Shown here piece after piece: positions 57,139-62,922 of a stretch of DNA of 62,922 nucleotides (its first letter is position 1; each line of letters starts with the position of its first letter). The stretch lies in the IMG/VR virus record IMGVR_UViG_3300042562_002309, positions 1 through 62,922 of that record; one strand, written 5' to 3'. The translations under genes and the position numbers were made by a program. This DNA comes from a virus. Lineage: Duplodnaviria; Caudoviricetes. The notes below the pieces were generated by a model. The model searched no databases. It was not told the origin of the DNA and worked only from the letters and a program-made list of their open reading frames with translations.

Positions 57139-58113
57139 TTATACGATTTTACCATACCCACTTTCCATCTTCTCAAGAATCTCTTCTGGTAGATTGTGAA
57201 GTCTTAAATCAATAAGCTTAAAATTTCCTTTTATGTTCTCAACAATCTCTTCAATCTTAGACTTGCTCAACTTCTTTTTCTCACAGATTAGATCGGCGAT
57301 ATTCTCATTTAAGTCTGGATCCGATAAGTTTATCTCACCAAATTCTTCGATATAGGAATCGTAGATACCTTTAGCTCCTTTAGAACCAATACCTCTAGTC
57401 TTACCGTTTTTAGTCACGTTCCAAACAGACGAGATATTATCACTTTGATCACCAGATATAATCTTTATCATAAGAGATTCGATAGGATTGATTTCATGAA
57501 GTTCGTATTTGTTTATGAATCTATCCATAAGTGCCAAAAAATCAGAGTTATCATTCAGTTCAAAGATATCGTCGTTTGGAAGCTTGGATACTTTGTTCAA
57601 GAATATCTGATAGTTTTGTGGAAGGAATAGTTTCTCTTTGTTAAACATCTCGTTAGACATGATGTTTATATAGAGTGGTTCTAAACCATAGTTAACTATT
57701 TGTTTGATATCATAGTCATTGGAAACGATTATCGTAGATCTACCGTTTTCATTTGCCTTGGTGGCCAAAAAACTTAACCAATCATCTCCTTCGACGTGAG
57801 GTGCTTCCAATACTTTGAATCCACTATTGATTCCTTTTTTGAAATCGCCATAGGTTTCGTAGACGAAGTTCCAGTCAATGTCTGTGTCTTTTTTTCGAGT
57901 GGCCTTGTAGGCACTTGTGTATTGTTTTCTCCAAGACTTTTCTTTGGAGTCGGAAACTAAGTAAATATTTGCAAACGGATACCATTTGCGGTAGTTACTT
58001 ATAGTATTTTCTAGAGACTTGTGTAATGCACCAAAAAGTAGATTATTCTTATGTAATGTAAAAACCAGTTTGCTTAAAATATAATTCCCATCTATGATAA
58101 GATCAACTAACAT
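57139..58113 (-). CDS. rnh: T4 RNase H-like 5'-3' exonuclease (FEN/PolI 5' nuclease family)
   Basis: IIDGN, DS...SWRK...YKATR, EGDD, IVS.D.D..Q, KII.GD.SDNI, N..LIDL. Confidence 0.85.
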   Translation of the reverse strand: MLVDLIIDGNYILSKLVFTLHKNNLLFGALHKSLENTISNYRKWYPFANIYLVSDSKEKSWRKQYTSAYKATRKKDTDIDWNFVYETYGDFKKGINSGFKVLEAPHVEGDDWLSFLATKANENGRSTIIVSNDYDIKQIVNYGLEPLYINIMSNEMFNKEKLFLPQNYQIFLNKVSKLPNDDIFELNDNSDFLALMDRFINKYELHEINPIESLMIKIISGDQSDNISSVWNVTKNGKTRGIGSKGAKGIYDSYIEEFGEINLSDPDLNENIADLICEKKKLSKSKIEEIVENIKGNFKLIDLRLHNLPEEILEKMESGYGKIV

Positions 58114-58178
58114 ATAGATTTATTATTTTTTATTATATAGAAAAAAATCGCTCTTATGTTTTGAAATATACCATATTT

Positions 58179-58703
58179 TTATAGTATCTGATTTATTTGA
58201 ATCTCTCGGTAAAGTCTGTCGAAATCATCTCTTATGTCTTGTGGATACTCGTATTTTTTGATATTAGAATAATAATCGTAGTTTTGTCTGTTGACAATCT
58301 TTTTTATGACTTCGTAGTTTTCCTTTATAAGGTTGTAACAATCTTCTTTGTTTGCCCAGGTTGTCATGTTACGTATAACGTCAAATTGAATATCCTCAAA
58401 GCCTTTGAAGAACTCTTTTTGTATGTAGGATCTAAAATAGTGATGTATTATTGCGTTCTTATGATCTTCAACACCTTTTGGGTTAGAAAGTTCAGGAGTT
58501 GTGAAATAAAACTCTACATTAAGCTCTACGAGCCTTTTAGTAATCTTCAGCACGGGCTTGACTATTCTTTTGTCCAAAAAGACATAGACTATGTCGTCTT
58601 CGATATAGCAAATAGGAATATTGACATACTTTTTGTATGTTAGTTGGCACTTGCCGACTTTCCAAGCCGTGGAACCATCCGGTATAAAATCACTTAATTC
58701 CAT
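58179..58703 (-). CDS. hypothetical protein with C-terminal tag
   Basis: ends YREIQINQIL. Confidence 0.7.
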   Translation of the reverse strand: MELSDFIPDGSTAWKVGKCQLTYKKYVNIPICYIEDDIVYVFLDKRIVKPVLKITKRLVELNVEFYFTTPELSNPKGVEDHKNAIIHHYFRSYIQKEFFKGFEDIQFDVIRNMTTWANKEDCYNLIKENYEVIKKIVNRQNYDYYSNIKKYEYPQDIRDDFDRLYREIQINQIL

Positions 58704-59010
58704 ACTCTTTTAATATCTTATGAAGCAAAAGTTTGTTTTCTTCTCTTGTTCTTAGCTGTCCTTTGGATCTCCAGCCTGTAGTTCTGTTTGGAGAATACTT
58801 TTCTTTATATTTGGAATCCCATTTGGTTGTTGTATGAGTTTTGTATCTGAAAGCTTGTTCTTTACCAATGAAATCCAATAATGTAGGATAAGGATTGTAG
58901 AAACCGTTAACATCTTCGAAATGCCACCAATGTCCACAACTGTGCAATTTCAACAGTCTTCTTATGACTATCCTTTCTTCCACATATCTTCGCCACGCAC
59001 GATTTCCCAT
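58690..59010 (-). CDS. basic hypothetical early protein
   Basis: promoter TATCTTTG at 59016-59023 (minus). Confidence 0.7.
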   Translation of the reverse strand: MGNRAWRRYVEERIVIRRLLKLHSCGHWWHFEDVNGFYNPYPTLLDFIGKEQAFRYKTHTTTKWDSKYKEKYSPNRTTGWRSKGQLRTREENKLLLHKILKEYGIK

Positions 59011-59201
59011 AGAGACAAAGATACGAAAAAACTATTTGATATCAAACCCCTTTTCGAACATCCTTTGAATTTTCATCCTTCTCATAGTTGCGTTGAATCT
59101 ACTATTCTGGTTTTTCTTCATCTTGTTGAATTCAGACAAAGAAATATACCCATCGGCGACTTTGACATCGTCTTCTCTTTCTTTCTTGTCTGTTACTACT
59201 A

Positions 59202-61049
59202 TCACTTCAACAATTCGTTCTTTCTTAGATCCGCGCTTTTACCAAACCAAGTTTCTAAAGATCCTTTCGACGCATCGTCTTTTGTTATCAAAGTAAGTCT
59301 TGGTCTGTTGATAATGTCATCGTACTCGTCATCGACAAGCGCCGCCAATCCTTTTTTGTACTTTATCTCGAATTGCTTCAAATCGTTCTGTTCTGCCCAA
59401 GTATTGTATTCTCCCTGTGTGTAGAACAGAACTTTCTTCTTTGTCTTCGCCTTTGGAATGGCGACCACAATCGGTGTTTCGACTTTGTAAATCATCTTGC
59501 GCTCGAACATATCTGGCCAGTACTTGTAGAAGAAGTTTATCAAAAGCGCGGAGATTGCGTTACCATCCATATCAGCATCTGTAAATATAAGAACTCTACC
59601 ATATCTAAGATTCTTAACATCAATAGGCTGTCCAAGCTTCAATCCAATAGAGGCCATAAGGTTTACCGCCTCGTCGTTCTGAACCAGCTTTTGATTTGTT
59701 ATTTCTGATACATTGACAAACTTTCCTTTAAGTGCGAAGGCACCCATAGTCTCGGGTGTTCTATACTTTCTGAATGCCGAAATAGCTGAATCCCCTTCAA
59801 ACAAACCGATAGAATACTTCCATCGGTCCTTTCCTTTGGCATCGATAAGTTTCTCAACCTTAATCTTTGTAAGTTTCTTATTAAGATCTCTTTGAAGCTT
59901 GCTATCCTCAGCATTCTTCTTTTGTTGAATCCAATCTAAAACTGAGTTTACTATCTCCGACTTCAATATTGACTGTATAAGTTTAGTACTTACTTCGAAT
60001 GTAGTTCCAAACTCTTTTACCTCAGTGATAAGCTTTTCTTTCGTCTGAGATGAGAAAGAAGGATTTATAACAGTTGAATTTAAAAATAAAAACATATGTT
60101 GTTTTAATTCAGATGGCTTGATATCTACTTTATGTTTCTTCAAGAAAAACTCTCTAAGAGAAACAATTATCTGGTTCATCACATAGTCTACGTGAGTACC
60201 ACCATCATAAGTTTCAGTAGTATTGGCAAAACTTACTTGTTGGAATCCATTTTGTGAAAGAGCTATTCCTAAAGACCATGTATTATCCTTTTTAGACTCA
60301 CAGAAGAACTCTTCTGTATAAAGCTTTATATAATCATCAAAAGATTTTATGTTTATAGGATTTCCATTGAAGTATATCTTCAATCCTGTGTTACAGGCCG
60401 CGATGTCATAGATTCTTTTCTCAATCATCTTTAAATGATCCTCATCAATCTTTTCTATTCCAAACTTCTCTAAATCGGGTGTATATGTTATTTCTGTGTG
60501 ATTTTTAGTAGATTTATTAATGACAGCTTTAGTTCTTTCTCTCATATTGCTTGAGAATACTTGTAAGAAGTGATTCTTACCATCACAAGATGAAACTATA
60601 AACTCTTTTGAGAAAACATTGGATAATTTTGCACCCAATCCATTGGTTCCTGCAACCGTACGTTCTTCAGTATCATCATAGTTAGAACCCGACATAAGGT
60701 TTCCAAAAATAACTTCAGGTACATATTGTTTATGTTCTTTGTGTATAACAATTGGAATTCCACCATTATCTCTAACAGATATTTGGTTTTTACTTAAATC
60801 TATATTTACATCAATTCTATTTAATTTAGGATTTCTTTGGTGCTCGTCAACAGAATTGGTAACAACCTCATCGAATATCTTTAGAAAAGATGGTATGTAG
60901 GTTATTTCTCTTTGAACCATTCTACCATCATCAAATACCCATTTAAGAGATGTACTTGGTTTGTTTGAGCCTACATAAGTGCCAGGTCTTAACAAGATAT
61001 GAGATATCTGATCCAGTACTTTATATTTGTCTTCTATTTTCTTAGCCAT
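59202..61049 (-). CDS. type II DNA topoisomerase large (ATPase + TOPRIM) subunit, T4 gp39+gp60-like / GyrB-like
   Basis: HILLRPGTYVGS, KIFDEV..N..D, G.NGLGAK, FEGDSA, LKGK..N, TDAD.DG, Y.KGL. Confidence 0.95.
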   Translation of the reverse strand: MAKKIEDKYKVLDQISHILLRPGTYVGSNKPSTSLKWVFDDGRMVQREITYIPSFLKIFDEVVTNSVDEHQRNPKLNRIDVNIDLSKNQISVRDNGGIPIVIHKEHKQYVPEVIFGNLMSGSNYDDTEERTVAGTNGLGAKLSNVFSKEFIVSSCDGKNHFLQVFSSNMRERTKAVINKSTKNHTEITYTPDLEKFGIEKIDEDHLKMIEKRIYDIAACNTGLKIYFNGNPINIKSFDDYIKLYTEEFFCESKKDNTWSLGIALSQNGFQQVSFANTTETYDGGTHVDYVMNQIIVSLREFFLKKHKVDIKPSELKQHMFLFLNSTVINPSFSSQTKEKLITEVKEFGTTFEVSTKLIQSILKSEIVNSVLDWIQQKKNAEDSKLQRDLNKKLTKIKVEKLIDAKGKDRWKYSIGLFEGDSAISAFRKYRTPETMGAFALKGKFVNVSEITNQKLVQNDEAVNLMASIGLKLGQPIDVKNLRYGRVLIFTDADMDGNAISALLINFFYKYWPDMFERKMIYKVETPIVVAIPKAKTKKKVLFYTQGEYNTWAEQNDLKQFEIKYKKGLAALVDDEYDDIINRPRLTLITKDDASKGSLETWFGKSADLRKNELLK

Positions 61050-61107
61050 TGTAAAATGTCGATTTTTTGTTTATATATATCAAAAAATCTTTTTTGTTTA
61101 CTTTTAA

Positions 61108-61776
61108 CTATTTTAATGGTATTTCTGGACTAACATCGAAATTCTCGTTCAGATATTGTTTTAACTCGTTTTCTATGTAATGATCAGGAACATGTTTATC
61201 ATTTGGCTCTGCTTCCATCTTTTTGCTTAAATGCGTGGCGAACGCGTCAACAACTTCCGGTTTAAGCGCGTCAATCAATCTATCCTCAACCACGAAAGCT
61301 CTTGTGAATCTATCTTTTACATCTACCTCGCCTTCCGGTACTTTTGCAGCAACCTTTACAAAGCTTTTAAGAAAGTCTACGTATTTAGAGTCCGAATCCA
61401 TATTTTGAAAGATAGGCTTTGTTATTCTATTGAATAACCTGGTGCTACCAAATACCAATCCGACAATCGCCATTATCGGAAAGAATGGCGCTAGTACCAA
61501 AGGCAACGCTCTTGGTATCGCAGACAGAAATGCCTTTTTGGTCTCTTGTGCCATTTTTGCTTCTTTGGCGTCTCTGAATATGGCCGCGAGTATTCCAAAG
61601 GTGAATTCTCCGCCGTTTTCTATCAGGTATGTACCTAATTTACCTCTCTTCGCCAAGCTGACCTGTTTTTTTATTTCATCACCTTCGACTCCCATCTTTT
61701 TAAGCTCATCTTCAAGATTATCATCTCTCAATAGTATATTTTCGTTGATGAAGCTATTGTATCTCTTTATTCTCAT
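61108..61776 (-). CDS. hypothetical late protein with MRIKRYNSFINE leader and central hydrophobic segment
   Basis: real start 61776; late motif 61800-61808 (minus). Confidence 0.75.
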   Translation of the reverse strand: MRIKRYNSFINENILLRDDNLEDELKKMGVEGDEIKKQVSLAKRGKLGTYLIENGGEFTFGILAAIFRDAKEAKMAQETKKAFLSAIPRALPLVLAPFFPIMAIVGLVFGSTRLFNRITKPIFQNMDSDSKYVDFLKSFVKVAAKVPEGEVDVKDRFTRAFVVEDRLIDALKPEVVDAFATHLSKKMEAEPNDKHVPDHYIENELKQYLNENFDVSPEIPLK

Positions 61777-61856
61777 AATAAACAAAATTCGCGTTTTGTT
61801 ATATATTAAATTAAGATTCCAAAAAAACAAAAACATTTTTTACTATATAGGAAACT

Positions 61857-62922
61857 ATGACAGAAAAAACAATAACAGAATTCTTATCGGTCGAATACAA
61901 AGATTTTGCGATGTATTCCATTGAAGGTCGAGCGATTCCATCGTGTATTGATGGTTTCAAACCTTCTCAAAGAAAGGTAATACACGTTGCTAATCAGATA
62001 TGGAAAACAGGAAATGAAAAAGTTCTTAAAATATTCCAGCTGTCTGGCAAAGTCGCCAGCGATGTGTTCTATCATCACGGCGACGCTTCGCTAAACTCGG
62101 CCATAATAAACATGGCGCAGAAGTTTAAGAACAACGCACCGCTTTTAGAAGAAGATGGTCAGTTTGGATCTTTAAGATCACCACAAGCTGGTGCTCCTCG
62201 ATATATCGGCACAAAACTATCTGATAACTTTAGATTGATGTACAAAGACTTTGACCTGCTAAACTATAAAGAAGAAGAAGGTGAGAGTATCGAGCCGGAG
62301 TTTTTCTTGCCTATCATACCTACGGTTCTTATAAACGGATCTTCTGGTATCGCAGTAGGATTCGCAACAAACATTCTAAACAGAGACGTTAAAAGTGTAA
62401 CAGACTCTTGTATAAAGATTCTTACGGGCAAAAAGATAGAAGAGATCGCACCTTCTTTAAGAGAGTTCACTGGTGATTTCGTACAAGACACAGAGAATCA
62501 CAAAAGATGGATTATCAGAGGTAAGATTGAAAGGTTGAATACTTCTACAGTAAAGATTACAGAACTTCCACCTTCGATGACTTTCGAAAAGTATGAGGAT
62601 TTGTTGGACAAGCTTTGTGAGGCAAAGGAGATTGTTTCCTATGATGATAATTGTAAGGACCGCATCGAATACATCATTAAGTTTACAAGAGCGGATCTAG
62701 AAAAAGCAACCGACGAAAAGCTTATAAAGATGTTTAAGTTAGAGGAAGCCTCTACAGAGATATTCTCTACGTTGGACGAAAATGGAAAGTTGAAGATATT
62801 CGAAAAGACTTCAGAGATAATAGAATATTTCGTTGCGTTCAGACTTTCTTATTACCACAAAAGAAAAGCATTCATGCTTGCTAAGATGAATCACGATCTT
62901 AAGATTCTAAGCAACAGAGGTA
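61857..62922 (+). CDS. type II DNA topoisomerase breakage-reunion subunit, T4 gp52 / GyrA-like (runs off window; absent from ORF track)
   Basis: translates as MTEKTITEFL...RAIPSCIDGFKPSQRKV...YHHGDASL...GQFGS...APRYI...LING.SGIAVGFAT. Confidence 0.93.
   Translation, partial: MTEKTITEFLSVEYKDFAMYSIEGRAIPSCIDGFKPSQRKVIHVANQIWKTGNEKVLKIFQLSGKVASDVFYHHGDASLNSAIINMAQKFKNNAPLLEEDGQFGSLRSPQAGAPRYIGTKLSDNFRLMYKDFDLLNYKEEEGESIEPEFFLPIIPTVLINGSSGIAVGFATNILNRDVKSVTDSCIKILTGKKIEEIAPSLREFTGDFVQDTENHKRWIIRGKIERLNTSTVKITELPPSMTFEKYEDLLDKLCEAKEIVSYDDNCKDRIEYIIKFTRADLEKATDEKLIKMFKLEEASTEIFSTLDENGKLKIFEKTSEIIEYFVAFRLSYYHKRKAFMLAKMNHDLKILSNRG

Noticed and set aside
7509-62491. Many antisense/overlapping ORFs in the track (e.g. 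7509, 7979, 12129, 19117, 39989, 50330, 53814, 58197, 58921, 61430, 62264)
   Set aside because: They shadow well-supported genes on the other strand or frame, lack promoters or motifs, and have S/F/I-rich antisense composition.
1-62922. Alternative genetic code (TAG or TGA recoding), as in some large phages
   Set aside because: Conserved genes are full-length under code 11 and end properly at TAG (ahcY) and TGA (uvsE, topoisomerase); only one suspicious TGA (5501) was seen.
1-62922. Bacterial chromosome or eukaryotic giant virus origin
   Set aside because: Housekeeping-like genes are interleaved with T4-type neck, tail, SSB, RNase H, ligase and homing endonuclease genes; bacterial-type promoters, terminators, nusG and grpE argue against an NCLDV.
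1-62922. CRISPR array, tRNA or rRNA genes
   Set aside because: No repeat-spacer periodicity or cloverleaf seen by eye; the repeats found are 7-11 bp. tRNAscan was not run.

Overview
AT-rich, gene-dense segment that looks like part of a large (jumbo/huge) T4-related tailed phage, most likely infecting Bacteroidota (Flavobacteria-like). Phage hallmarks are a gp13-like neck protein, gp3-like tail terminator, gp32-like SSB, T4-type RNase H, RNA ligase 1, gp39+60/gp52-type topoisomerase II and four free-standing homing-type endonucleases. Host clues are TAnnTTTG promoters, A-rich translation starts without Shine-Dalgarno sequences, and Bacteroidota-like ahcY/nusG/clpC. Auxiliary genes include nrdB, the DnaK-DnaJ-GrpE set, an N-domain-less ClpC, UvsE, AhcY with methyltransferases, and a glycan locus (gmd/fcl, perosamine-synthase-like aminotransferase, GT10/GT47/other glycosyltransferases). 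The most notable patterns, mostly not shown by the ORF track: (1) three unrelated endonucleases (HNH, PD-(D/E)xK, GIY-YIG) each paired with a homologous ~50-aa ribbon-helix-helix gene and short direct repeats; (2) a shared N-terminal MK-x-(L/I)-K-x-(F/Y)...E leader on about 9 late genes, resembling the T4 capsid-targeting sequence; (3) a shared C-terminal R-(D/E)-x-x-(I/L)-x-x-(I/L)-L tag on about 8 unrelated small proteins; (4) a structured ~95-nt ncRNA candidate behind its own late promoter; (5) a tail gene apparently using a non-AUG start. All family assignments come from motif recognition by eye; no database searches were run.
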